Source of the DNA: Methanobacteriota archaeon
GTDB taxonomy: Archaea; Thermoplasmatota; Thermoplasmata; SG8-5; DAIRED01
NCBI GenBank assembly: GCA_043799545.1
Contig: JAZDNO010000004.1
Span: forward strand, 73,178 to 137,177
Direction: 5' to 3'
Length of the DNA: 64,000 nt
Both the position numbers and the translations under genes were made by a program. Of the stretch, positions 17,367-28,249 are shown piece by piece (the first letter of the stretch is position 1; every line of letters starts with the position of its first letter). The notes under the pieces are model-generated. The model did no database searches. It was not told the DNA's origin and saw only the letters and a program-made list of their open reading frames with translations.

Positions 17367-20300
17367 TTACACGATCACGTCGTACGTTATCGCCCCGCCC
17401 CCTGAGTAGACCCAGAAACCACTCGCGTAGTAAATCCGCATCGCTTCGTTGTTGTAGCCCAGGCCAGCGTTCCAGAGGCCGAACCACGCGTCGTAGATGC
17501 ACGTGTCGTAAGTCTGCGTGGATGGCAGCCAGACAGCTCCGGACGAGAGCGCGACGCCTCCGGTGAGGTAGTCTACGCCCGCGTTCGAGTCCGCGATTCC
17601 GCCAGGCTGGTCGTACCAGGCGTAGTGGACGCCGGCCTGCCAGCTTCCCCCCGTCCAGAAAATGCTGCCCTGGAAGCCGTGTCCCGTGTTCCCGATCGGG
17701 TCGACGAGGATTGGTGCGGTCACGCCCCAGTTGAAGACGGCGCTGACCTCGTTCATGCCCGTGCTGACCAGCGTCCAGCCGTTGTTCAGGACGACGGTAT
17801 TTACACCTGCGACGATTCCGACGCCCGGGTCGTTCGGCAACGTTATGTCAATTCCTGGTATGTAGACGCGCGGTATCGCAGCGTCGACGTAGACCCAGTA
17901 AGCGTAATCGTTCCCTATCGGAAAGTTCGGGCCGCCGACCCCGTAGGTGTATGTGTCGTAGCTGATGGTGGAAGGCTGGCCGTTCGTGAGCCTTGCCATC
18001 ACTATGGAAGATGCTGGGCTGCCGTACAGGAGGTTCGCGTCCTGTATGCGCTGGCAGGCGACAGAGGCAGTGAAGGCGCCCATGCCAGTGTCTGCGAAGT
18101 CCTTGGTCATGGAAACGATGTTCCAGCCAGCCGCGAGCTGCCACATCAGGCCGCCGGTGAGGACTCTGATGTGCGTGTTGTCGGCCACGGTGGATGCCGC
18201 GTACGGGGCCAGCCACGTCGCCGGGTCTATCAGCGACGCGTCGCCGTTCCAGGTGTCGTTGACCCAGACGACCCAGGGATGCCATATGGCGTAATAAAGC
18301 TGGATTGTGCGGTTGTAGTACCCGTCGCTCCCGCCCAGCGGGTCGTCTCCGGGATTGAACGGTGAAGATGTGCCGCCGACTCCGTCGAGCGTTATCGTCG
18401 TCGGGTTCGCGCCGCCCCCAGAGCGTCACGAACGGGTGCGTGTCGTTGCTCCATATCCGCAACTGGCCGTAGTAGCCGGGGCAAACTATTGAACGGTTGT
18501 CCCGCACCGCGGCCTCGACATTGACGAGCATTCCGGGCGTCACCACGTTGACGCCGATGATGGCCATCGTCGTCCAGTCTGGCACCCAGGTCACGGTCAG
18601 GTTGTACGGGATTCCGTAAGTCACGTTGCAACCGGCCTTATCGGTATTCAGAACAATGATGGTCTGGTTCCAGCCCGTCCAGCCCGCCGCGTCGGTAGCC
18701 TGCACAAAGAACTGGTTCCCCCAGACCAGCTCGTCCTCCGGCTGCACTGTGAAAACGTAGTTCCCCGCCGGGTCGGTGTTCTGCGGCCCGTAGGTCAGGA
18801 AGGCGCCGGTCGCGTTGTACGTCTGCGCGATGACTGCCGCACCCGCCCTGGCTCTCGGATTGTAGCCTGCGCCGATGCTCCCGTTGTACAGGAACGCCCG
18901 CCCGTACAGCGTGTACGGGGCGTTCGGCGACACGTTCGCGGCGAAGTTCACGGTCCTCGGCGACGCCATCGTCGTGAGGTTGGCGGCGCTGGTGCAGTTG
19001 ACGTAATAAGTGACAGTCGTCGGGCTACTCTCCGTGAAGTTCGCCTCGAAATAATTGTTGTACGAGCCGTTCCAGAACGAGATGTTTGTCATCGGCTGCC
19101 TATGCCAGGCGGACTCCGTCGCGTTCTTCCAGAACAGGGTGGCGTTCGCGCAGGCGGATTCGTTGTCGTAGTAGCGGGCGCGGACGGTGGCTTTATGGTT
19201 GAGGGCGAGAGTGGAGTTGTCTGGGGGAGTTGGGGGCGAGACGTAGGACACGGTCGGCGGGGTGGCGTCGGATGGGAAGTCGGGGAAGCGTTTGTAGTAG
19301 ATTTCAGGGTTGCCATCGCGGTTATCACCAAAAACCAAATGCTTATTCGTTCCTGAATTTTTTATTTTCCCTCCTCCAGAGCCAAATCCATCATCAGAGG
19401 TCAATTGAAGTTCTGAATCCCAACTTGCACCACCATCGGTTGAATTAATGTAATAAACTTCGTTAGTGACTCCGTTTCTACCATCATCCCAGACCACATG
19501 AACTTCATCACCATTAGCATCTATCGAAGGATTAACAGCATACCCAGAATTAACGAGCATTTTTATTGGGTTCCAACTAAGACCATTATCAGTGGAATTA
19601 CGGTAATAAATATAATAATAAGGTCCAGGAAAAACTTCATCCACCCAGACTACATGAATTGCTGAGCCATTCACACCGACTTGGGGAGACATATGGGTAC
19701 TAGTGATATTTGTCGTCAAGAGGCGGTCTAGTCCTACATTTTCTTGGCCGTCTTGCCATGTAACTCCGTTATCTTTGGACATCTTGTAAAAAATCTCAAA
19801 AGAACCCGTTCGTGAATCAGCCCAAACCAAATGGAGATTGGAATAATTCAGGGCTATATCGTGGCCAGCAGACGCATAAAGCGAATTCGTCAACCGTTGT
19901 TCACCCTCCCAAGTTATACCCCCATCAAGGCTTCGATTAAAGTAGATTTCTGTATTTGCTGGAACTGATTCAGCACCGTGTCTTGAATCAACCCAGATTA
20001 CATGGATGTTCTGACCGTCCTCACTCATAGCAATTTTTGGATCTTGTGAGTTAAAGCCATCGTTTGCAGAAATCCTCTTTTCGGAATCCCAAGTATCGCC
20101 CCCATCAGTCGAGTTTCGGTAGAATATTTCCCAGGCAGGGGTTTTCCAATCTTCCCAGACTATAGACACATTGTTCCATGCCATGGAAATATCAGAGTTC
20201 CTAGCACTTACCCCACTATTAGATACCTTAAACGCTGTACCCCATGTTGTTCCATCATTATCAGATTTCATATGAAAAATTTCGTAATTCCCGATGTTTC

Positions 20301-20523
20301 GTGTCCAACTTAAATGGACATTCGAACCCGCTACCACGATGTTTGCACTCGAATCAGTTATTGCATTATTCGTTAACCGGATATCATCTGTCCATCCCGC
20401 AGGAACCCCTGCAATTCTATCATCGGGCGAGCCAGCGGATTGGCCGAACGGAGCGTTGACGGCCATAACTAACACGGCCTCGACAACTAGGGAAACAACC
20501 AGCCGATGCCCTGCCTTCATCAT
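17367..20523 (-). pseudogene. Secreted Asp-box (BNR/sialidase-like) beta-propeller surface protein, frameshifted at about 18415-18419
   Basis: ORF 20523-> has six S.D.G.TW-type Asp boxes then turns to off-frame-looking sequence after DTHPFVTL; the adjacent frame is open from about 18423 to the stop at 17367. Removing one G from the G5 run gives ...TLWGGANPTTITL... in one frame. Confidence 0.75.
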
Positions 20524-20590
20524 TCCAATATATAGAATCCCTTGCTAATAACGCTTTCGCACGCACTTTCGGCTACCCCCCGACTACGAA

Positions 20591-20598
20591 TTTATATA
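20591..20598 (+). promoter_or_regulatory. Archaeal TATA box
   Basis: TTTATATA about 40 nt upstream of ATG 20639 in a divergent intergenic region. Confidence 0.55.
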
Positions 20599-20638
20599 AT
20601 TGTTCGTCAGTCCCGTGTTCAAAGGTAGGGGGAAACGC

Positions 20639-23600
20639 ATGAGTTCCGAAGGCAGAAGGAGAAAGTTAGCCGCCGCAATAGCTGCGTTGTTGACCATCCT
20701 GGCCGCCCAATCCGCGGTCGCCGAATATGACACAGGGGACGACATGGACATCTTCATTGACTCACTAGGAAACAAGAACATGGTCTGGCGCGAATCGGTG
20801 AACGGGACATATCAGGTGTTCTACGGGTACGAAATAGTAGATACAATTTACGACCAGAATAACGATTCCTATGTAAATCAGACCATAAACGCCAACATAG
20901 TCTTTGATGACGGCTATCTAACACTCCAGAATTGCATAATCAACGGCAATATCAAGACAACTAGAGCGCAAGTGGTCATAGAGAACTGCGAAATCTATGG
21001 CAACGTCAACCACAAGCTCGGAAGCCTCGTCATCGAATCCTCGAACGTCAGCGGCAACGTTGATGTGGAAAATTCTGATTTGGAGCTAAGAACCAGCTAC
21101 GTCAACGGCAACGTGAAAGCCAAGACGAACACAGACGAAAGTTACTCGACCATCGTTACTGGCAACACAGTCAACGGCAATGTCGATTTGAAAAGCGGAA
21201 TATGCTACGTCGTCGGGAACACGATTGATGGCAATCTGAAAGTCAAAGAGCCAGCAATCATTCAGGAAGTCAGCGACAACATTGTAAGCGGGAACACGCA
21301 GTTAACAAATAACACCAGCGGCTTCGATGGCTACCAGATAACGAACTCGACGCTGGACGTGATGTACCCGCAGGTTGCGATAGATTCGGCTTCGGGCATG
21401 GCCTACGCGCTATGGGTCGTTAATAGCAACAGAACCCTCGAATTCTGGTACGCGGTCAGCCCCGACACGATATTCTGGCTTGAGGCTCATTATGCCGGGA
21501 CACTGAACTACGCCGCAGGAAATCCAGAACTCGATTTCGAGACTATAAACGGTACTCTCTACGTTACCTGGCTGAACGGCGGAGAGTTGACGATTGCACC
21601 GGATTACAACGCGCCGCCAGATCTGCAAATCGTCGGCATCTCGGCGGACAAGCCAGTTGTTTATCTGAATAGCCCTGTAACCATCACGTTGGAGATGGGC
21701 AACGCTGGCAACGGTTCCGCGCTATACACCGTCGTCAATGTAACGGACATCGGTGGAGAGAATGAAACCTTGATTGATTCGTCGGAAATCGGGATACTCC
21801 GGCCCGGAACGGAGAACGTTTACCAGTTCAACTGGACGCCCGTAAAAACGGGTATCCATTACCTCAAGGTCGAGATGCTTGCAAATCATATAGAGCATCA
21901 TTCCCCTGCGGCGCTCGTAGAAAGTCCGCCAACGATAATGAGCTTCGGATTTCCCGTGTCCATGGTAGCAGAGGAGAAAATCATTTGGTATGGTGGCCAC
22001 ATTGTGCCTAATGGTATCATAGATGAATTTCCAGGCATCAATCCAACTTGGGGAGGAAGATATAACAGCACAGAAATCGTAATACCAGAGGATGACCCAG
22101 GCAACCTCGTCATCCAGTCTGGCGGTACTCTCATCTTCAACGACAACGTTACTTTTGTTATCGAGCAGCCCACTGGCCCTGGCGGTTGGCCCACAACCAA
22201 AAATGAAATCACCATCCAATCCGGCGCCTCCTTCATCATCGACAGCCCCCTTCGTACCACGACCATCCAGTCCCCCTCTTTAGACCCATATTACACCTAC
22301 CCCTTCCTAAACTCCGGCGTCGTGGACTTTCTAGGCGCGAACGTAACATACACCTACGGCGACACGACGGACCTCTCCAAGTTCGGCGGAATCCAGAACA
22401 AGCCGGGGAGCGTGTGCAACCTGACGGACTGCCGCGTGGAGTTCGCGGACACCCATAGCGTCATCGCCAACAACTCCGACATGCGGCTCGACGGTCCTGG
22501 AACCCTTGTTGGAAAAGGGAACAAGAACCCGCCGTATCCGAAGGGCGCCGGGATTACCATCAAAGGCGATGCGGGCGTTGTGGTCGATGGCGTCACGGTG
22601 GGGTGCAACGAGGGCTACGGGATAAAGTGCGTGGATACCGTGAGTGGCACGAGGATTAGGGACAGGTTTTCCGACGGCTCGGCCTCGAAAGTTCTCACGT
22701 ATTACGGCCAGGGAAGCCAGACCATAAGCGTTTCTCTGCCTAAGGACGCATCAGTTGGCCCATCCTGTCTCAGTTTTGAGGGGGAATACAGGACACTGGC
22801 CGGCTCCGAAGATATGTATCCGGGACACTACTATGCGATGTATTGCTCAGCCAACACGGTCTGGACTGGCGACGCGGGCAACGTGCAGCTATATGCCGGT
22901 TGGAACATCGATGTGAATTACTCAAGCGTGTGGAGCTATCCCCGAAATGTTAACGTGATTATGGCTGAAATCAGTTGCATGATATTTAGCGAGGCTCCGT
23001 TCGACCCGAAGCTTGACGTGGGAAACGATGGCAGTTCCGAGTGGCTTGTAGCCGGGCGGTTCTCCTCCTCCGTTTTCATAGATGACACGAACACTACGCC
23101 GTTCCTCTGCCAGCAAATCCAGGACTATATCGATGCCCATTCGCCGGATGAAAACGGGATGGTCTTGGTGCCGTTGAAGGTCAATTCCAACGCCAGTGGA
23201 ATCATCACTCTGTCGGATTTGAACATTTCGTACATGAGGGAATCGAAAATCACAGGCTGCGAAATCAGTAATAATCTGGAGACGGGAATATACTACGAGG
23301 ATTCAAACATATCGACAGTTGATTCGCAGATACACGACAACGGCAGAGACGGGATATTTATCTCAAATTCATACCCTGAGATTGAGTCTGTCACCGTGAC
23401 CAACAATAAAATCGCCGGAATAAATGTCGATAACGACAATCTCCTGAACCCATGGGGGTTGCCCGCAAGCGACCCAGGAAATGAGCTGGGCTATTTCGTG
23501 TGGCTCGACGAGACGGGGTGGCATTTGCGGTGGAGTGGCGATGGTTCGAACCACGCCTTCAACGGGACAATCGAAGGCATTGACCAGATTAGCTCATTCA

Positions 23601-26600
23601 CAACAGTCGGCATGGAATACCCGCAAGACAGTTGGAGTGCGACGCCACTCAAAATCACCTTCAGCGCTTCGGAGAACAATGGACAGGAAGGATTCGACTT
23701 TCTGACGGAGAGCGAAGTCCTGCGGTTCGATCTCTGGATTGATGGCGCAAGAGTTTCACAGAAAATCTACATCGGAACGTTCAAATTCAATCCAGCAACA
23801 GTGCCATTCAATTTGACCAAGCCTTTGATAATAAAGAGTTCCAACCTTGGTGCTAACCAGGGATTTGGACTGCACCTGAATATCTCGTCGGTCGTCTTGA
23901 TGGATTCGACCTTCGATGGTAATATCATCGACGGAGTGGAAATCATTCGACCGCCATTCACAGAAAATAAACCAACGGCATGCCAGGTCATCAACTGCAC
24001 CTTCAAGAACAACGGACGGACCGGCATAAAACACAGTCAGTCGGAAGTGATTCAAAAGGTAAATGAGACCGTGGATACGGACCTCAGAGTTGGTGATTCC
24101 CGTGCAGGACATCTCCTTATCGAAGGATGCCATTTCAGCGACAATGGGGCCGGGACGGCGCATTGCTATCAAGGATATTTCGTGACCGGCTATATTAAAA
24201 TCCTCAACAATACATTCTCTAACACTAAAAAATATAATTCGCTCTTCTTCGAAGGCGTCGCATTCCGGTTTGACGTGCAAGGAAACAGTTTTGAAGGCAC
24301 TCCGATTGGGGTACACAACAGCGGTACTGGTTACATTGATGGGAACAGGCTTCAACAGTGTCCTTCCGGAATTTTTATGGCCGATTGCACGTCGCTGTCA
24401 ATCACCAATAATACACTTGAAGACCTGGACACCGCCATTTCGTTGGGAGACAATCACGCCAGGATAGTAATGAACAATACGATAATGAATTGCACGAATG
24501 GGATATCGCACATTAGCGGTAATTGTATTATATCATCCAACCGCATAGTTGGCAGAGGCGCCCCGCTGTCGTATGGATTCCAGCAATATTACAATTCACC
24601 GAGCGGGGGAACGTTTGTGAATTTCCTATACAACAATACGATTTCTGGCTTCAAATGGGGGATGCACTTCCAGAAAGGTCGGGGAACGGTGGGTGGCATT
24701 TTGCGGGATAATATAATAAAATCCAACACATATGGCATTGTTGTCGAGAACGGTTATCTGCGGGCGTTCAACAACACAATCCAGAATTCTACCGTAGGAT
24801 TGTACTCAACACATTCCGATCTATTGCTAATGAACAACACGATTGAGGGCAATGGAATTGGCATTAAGATGGAGAATGCAACCGCAGGTGAAACTGATTA
24901 CACATGCAATCAATTTACGAACAGTTCGAGCCTTGCTCGTGTTGCATTCCCGACCGGAGGCGGAACAAATACCGGTCTGGACATATCACTGCCAAAAGGA
25001 TGCAAGATTAACGCCGCATCGCTTACCATCGATGGCCTTTCCCTCACCGCGACCCATTCTGAATCCAATCTTTTAATGCCGGATTCGAGAACGATTTCTG
25101 GCGGGGACTTGGACGGCGATGGGGACATCGATTTACTCGAAGGATATAATGACGGGGCGAATATACACGGTATAAGGTTTCTGTACAACGATGGAGAAGG
25201 TGATTTCACCAGCGCTGGTAATATAATTTCGACTATCTTTGAACCCTGGGAAATGGAGTTAGCAGATTTCACTGGCGACGGACTGGATGATATCTTGGTG
25301 TTGGAAGGCGGATATGTATTTTTATATGCCAACCAAGGTAATGGAATGTACGAAAGGCAATATGTTATAGTTTCTTGGTGCAAAGACATAGTAACGGCGG
25401 ATTTCGACGAGGACGGCGACATCGACACATTATGCGGATTCTCCAACGGCACGATTTGGTTTTACAGAAATAACGGGGACGGGACTTTCGAAAATAACGG
25501 GAAGGTGGCCGACATCCCCGGAGGCATGAATCAGATGACGGGCGGGTCTTTCATCGGTTCTTCCAAGATTGACATCGTAGCGAAAAATGGATCTTACCTA
25601 TTCGTTCTTGAAGGCGTTGGCGGAGGCGCTTTCGGCAGTCCGATACCGATTGCATTTGTCGGATTATCCGACGACCTGAATAAGCTGTCAGCAGAGGATT
25701 TCGACGATAATGGCATCGACGACATCATTTTATTGTCTTCGGACAGTTTAAGAATATTCACTCTGAACGAATCCCACCAGGCAATAATGAGAAATATAAT
25801 GACACCAGCACTCTTTACGCCATCATTCCCTGGCATCCTAGCGACCGACCCATTTGACAGTGACGCGAGAGTGGATTTGATAATGTCACCAGATCGCCGT
25901 TCGATAACTACTTACTCATACTACGCGACTAGGAACGTAAAAATTGATGTTGGGGCAGACAATGCCGTTGATTGGGCGTGGGTAGGCAATTTCACGCAGC
26001 GCATTGGCATAGGCTCTGTCAACGGTTCGAATGAATTCGCCCAAAGGTTGCAGGACTTTATCGATGCAGGAACACCGGATTACAAATGGCTGGTGCACAT
26101 ACCATTCGCTGTGCATTCAGATGCAATCGGATCCTTGTCGATATCTGAATTGGATATAAATTACACTGTGGGAGCGAGAATGGAGAATAACACGATAAGA
26201 CACAACGAAATGAGTGGCGTCGTAATCATAAATGGAACCTACAAAGCATGTCGCAACGAAATTTATGAAAATCACGGTGGCGGGATTAATTTAATCCACT
26301 CGTCCGATATTGTCGCCGATAATAATATTACGGCAAATGACGAGTATGGTATTAACGTTGCCAACCAAGACGATTACGCCTTAAGGCCAGTGATAGCGAA
26401 CAACACCGTCATGGGTAATGAGCAAGGGATAAACGTGATTGATGCCTCTCTCACGATAAAGGGTAACGACATACTCTCGAACAGAGGGCCAGGCATATAT
26501 CTCGAAAACAGCAAAGGTGAGATTTCTTTGAACGTCATTATAAACAACCACGAGCTTGCAACCCCTCCGCCATTGGAACCAACGTATACCGGGATCAAGG

Positions 26601-27493
26601 TGAGGGATTCGAGCGATGTCCAGATACTCCATAACAACATCTCGTACAACACCGGGAACATCTACCTATACGATTCCGATAACATAACGATCGAGTGGAA
26701 CGAGATTCTCGATAATGCGCCTGGCTTGATTCAAATATACCCGCCGCGACCTATAGAAACGGGCGTGCAATCCATCTCCTCCCAGATGAACGTTTCAAAC
26801 AACACGGTCTACGGGTGCGTATATGGGCTGCATGTGGTGGATGCAGGTGACACCACTATAATTCGAGACAACGCATTTCTTCCGTTGTATGCGGACGGGC
26901 CTGCCGCCGTGTACGGCCTCCTTCTTGAGGACGCGTCAGTATCTGTAGGATCTAACTTGATATTCGGCATGGGATCGCATGGAATATTCTGCAATGACTA
27001 CTCCGACGCTGCAATCTCAGACAATACGATATTGAATTGCGGAGGCGATGGGATACACTGTAGCTGGGCATCCCCCGTCATCGTGGGCAATGCGATTTCC
27101 GACAACTACGGTTGGGGGATTTATTGCGAATACGCAAGCACGATGAATGCTGGCAACGATACGGCACAACTGTTGCTGGACAATCCTTTGTTAGGTCCCA
27201 ACGGCCTTGGAAGGTGCATCCAATATTGGGCGCTGGAAGTGTTGCTGGTCGAGTCAGGCAGCGGGATTCCCGTTTCGGGGGAACTCGTCAACGTAAGGCC
27301 GTTGATGGGGGCCGTCGTGGCTTCGAGTAATACCGACGCAAACGGCTTCGTGACGTTTAAAATCGCGCAAGATTATGCAGACAACGACGGTTTCATTCCG
27401 GTGCTGAATCCATACATTATAGATTGCGACGGCGAGTTCTGTCCAGACTGGGTCTGGGTGTACTCGAACGCAAATGTGTACTGGGAGATGTAG
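20639..27493 (+). CDS. Giant secreted protein (beta-helix/NosD repeats, CARDB-like, FG-GAP propeller)
   Basis: About 2284 aa; signal peptide LAAAIAALLTILAAQSAVA; many GI...S...I.NN.I repeats; PDLQI..I CARDB-like unit; GDLDGDGDIDL / ADFTGDGLDDI / ADFDEDGDID FG-GAP repeats. Confidence 0.88.
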   Translation: MSSEGRRRKLAAAIAALLTILAAQSAVAEYDTGDDMDIFIDSLGNKNMVWRESVNGTYQVFYGYEIVDTIYDQNNDSYVNQTINANIVFDDGYLTLQNCIINGNIKTTRAQVVIENCEIYGNVNHKLGSLVIESSNVSGNVDVENSDLELRTSYVNGNVKAKTNTDESYSTIVTGNTVNGNVDLKSGICYVVGNTIDGNLKVKEPAIIQEVSDNIVSGNTQLTNNTSGFDGYQITNSTLDVMYPQVAIDSASGMAYALWVVNSNRTLEFWYAVSPDTIFWLEAHYAGTLNYAAGNPELDFETINGTLYVTWLNGGELTIAPDYNAPPDLQIVGISADKPVVYLNSPVTITLEMGNAGNGSALYTVVNVTDIGGENETLIDSSEIGILRPGTENVYQFNWTPVKTGIHYLKVEMLANHIEHHSPAALVESPPTIMSFGFPVSMVAEEKIIWYGGHIVPNGIIDEFPGINPTWGGRYNSTEIVIPEDDPGNLVIQSGGTLIFNDNVTFVIEQPTGPGGWPTTKNEITIQSGASFIIDSPLRTTTIQSPSLDPYYTYPFLNSGVVDFLGANVTYTYGDTTDLSKFGGIQNKPGSVCNLTDCRVEFADTHSVIANNSDMRLDGPGTLVGKGNKNPPYPKGAGITIKGDAGVVVDGVTVGCNEGYGIKCVDTVSGTRIRDRFSDGSASKVLTYYGQGSQTISVSLPKDASVGPSCLSFEGEYRTLAGSEDMYPGHYYAMYCSANTVWTGDAGNVQLYAGWNIDVNYSSVWSYPRNVNVIMAEISCMIFSEAPFDPKLDVGNDGSSEWLVAGRFSSSVFIDDTNTTPFLCQQIQDYIDAHSPDENGMVLVPLKVNSNASGIITLSDLNISYMRESKITGCEISNNLETGIYYEDSNISTVDSQIHDNGRDGIFISNSYPEIESVTVTNNKIAGINVDNDNLLNPWGLPASDPGNELGYFVWLDETGWHLRWSGDGSNHAFNGTIEGIDQISSFTTVGMEYPQDSWSATPLKITFSASENNGQEGFDFLTESEVLRFDLWIDGARVSQKIYIGTFKFNPATVPFNLTKPLIIKSSNLGANQGFGLHLNISSVVLMDSTFDGNIIDGVEIIRPPFTENKPTACQVINCTFKNNGRTGIKHSQSEVIQKVNETVDTDLRVGDSRAGHLLIEGCHFSDNGAGTAHCYQGYFVTGYIKILNNTFSNTKKYNSLFFEGVAFRFDVQGNSFEGTPIGVHNSGTGYIDGNRLQQCPSGIFMADCTSLSITNNTLEDLDTAISLGDNHARIVMNNTIMNCTNGISHISGNCIISSNRIVGRGAPLSYGFQQYYNSPSGGTFVNFLYNNTISGFKWGMHFQKGRGTVGGILRDNIIKSNTYGIVVENGYLRAFNNTIQNSTVGLYSTHSDLLLMNNTIEGNGIGIKMENATAGETDYTCNQFTNSSSLARVAFPTGGGTNTGLDISLPKGCKINAASLTIDGLSLTATHSESNLLMPDSRTISGGDLDGDGDIDLLEGYNDGANIHGIRFLYNDGEGDFTSAGNIISTIFEPWEMELADFTGDGLDDILVLEGGYVFLYANQGNGMYERQYVIVSWCKDIVTADFDEDGDIDTLCGFSNGTIWFYRNNGDGTFENNGKVADIPGGMNQMTGGSFIGSSKIDIVAKNGSYLFVLEGVGGGAFGSPIPIAFVGLSDDLNKLSAEDFDDNGIDDIILLSSDSLRIFTLNESHQAIMRNIMTPALFTPSFPGILATDPFDSDARVDLIMSPDRRSITTYSYYATRNVKIDVGADNAVDWAWVGNFTQRIGIGSVNGSNEFAQRLQDFIDAGTPDYKWLVHIPFAVHSDAIGSLSISELDINYTVGARMENNTIRHNEMSGVVIINGTYKACRNEIYENHGGGINLIHSSDIVADNNITANDEYGINVANQDDYALRPVIANNTVMGNEQGINVIDASLTIKGNDILSNRGPGIYLENSKGEISLNVIINNHELATPPPLEPTYTGIKVRDSSDVQILHNNISYNTGNIYLYDSDNITIEWNEILDNAPGLIQIYPPRPIETGVQSISSQMNVSNNTVYGCVYGLHVVDAGDTTIIRDNAFLPLYADGPAAVYGLLLEDASVSVGSNLIFGMGSHGIFCNDYSDAAISDNTILNCGGDGIHCSWASPVIVGNAISDNYGWGIYCEYASTMNAGNDTAQLLLDNPLLGPNGLGRCIQYWALEVLLVESGSGIPVSGELVNVRPLMGAVVASSNTDANGFVTFKIAQDYADNDGFIPVLNPYIIDCDGEFCPDWVWVYSNANVYWEM

Positions 27494-27594
27494 TCCGATA
27501 TATCAAATGCAGCCTTGTTCCTAGGCCCCGCCCGACCTGTGATACACGACTATCACACAATGGTCCACGCGCAGCCTCTTCCCTCACTTCACCG

Positions 27595-27918
27595 TCACAC
27601 CACAAGCTTCAAGGTCTTCGGTCCCTCCACGCATATCGTTATTGTCGAGTCGACAGTGAGGCCCAGCGCCTCGACCAGCGCCTTCGGCAGGCGAAGCACG
27701 TACGAGTTGCCCGCCTTCGCGACCTTCCCAGTCAGGATGGCGTTCTTGATTTTGTTGTACACCAGCGCCTTGTTCGCGTCCTCGGCGTTGAAGTACGCCT
27801 CGCCGCAGCCCGGGCATTCGGAGCCGCGCACTGCGAATCCATCCAGATTGAAGTGCCTCGGGCGGGTCCACTTGCCGCACGCGCACTTCACCTTTTCCTT
27901 CTTGAGTTCGTCTTTCAT
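27595..27918 (-). CDS. Antitoxin-like: MqsA/YgiT-type Zn ribbon fused to AbrB domain
   Basis: MKDELKKEKVKCACG...CPGCGEAYF then KVAKAGNSYVLRLPKALVEALGL; ATGA overlap with upstream gene. Confidence 0.75.
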   Translation of the reverse strand: MKDELKKEKVKCACGKWTRPRHFNLDGFAVRGSECPGCGEAYFNAEDANKALVYNKIKNAILTGKVAKAGNSYVLRLPKALVEALGLTVDSTITICVEGPKTLKLVV

Positions 27919-28157
27919 TGTATCGCCCCTGCATGGACGACGAGCCACACACGGCTTTCGTCCCACTCCTGAAGGCTGTCTACCACCACCACCTTCAGCA
28001 CCTTCCTGCCGTCCCGCTTGCACCGCTCGACAGTCCCGACCTTGCGCTTCGAGCGCTCGCAGTCATACCCGTTCTCCAGTATATCCAGGACATCGAAGAG
28101 GTCGAGGCCGAGTTCGGACAGCTCCCTGCAGGCCGTTCTGGACGGCTTCAGTTCCAT
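27915..28157 (-). CDS. DUF4258-like (RelE/BrnT-fold) putative toxin
   Basis: 80 aa; SRTACREL.ELGL...DV..ILENG...KVLKVVV..WLVVHA pattern; coupled to Zn-ribbon gene. Confidence 0.6.
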   Translation of the reverse strand: MELKPSRTACRELSELGLDLFDVLDILENGYDCERSKRKVGTVERCKRDGRKVLKVVVVDSLQEWDESRVWLVVHAGAIQ

Positions 28158-28249
28158 CCCTTTCCATTTGAACTGCGTGTGATTACACCAAGTGATAACA
28201 TGAGGTACTAACTATTTATTCTTTTCGGCCCGGTCCAGCTGGCGCCGCA

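Noticed and set aside
27538-27557. TGTGATA-N6-TATCACA palindrome downstream of the DUF4258 TA pair as a cassette end
   Set aside because: Only a weak GTGAT resemblance upstream (about 28172-28200); no convincing matched site.
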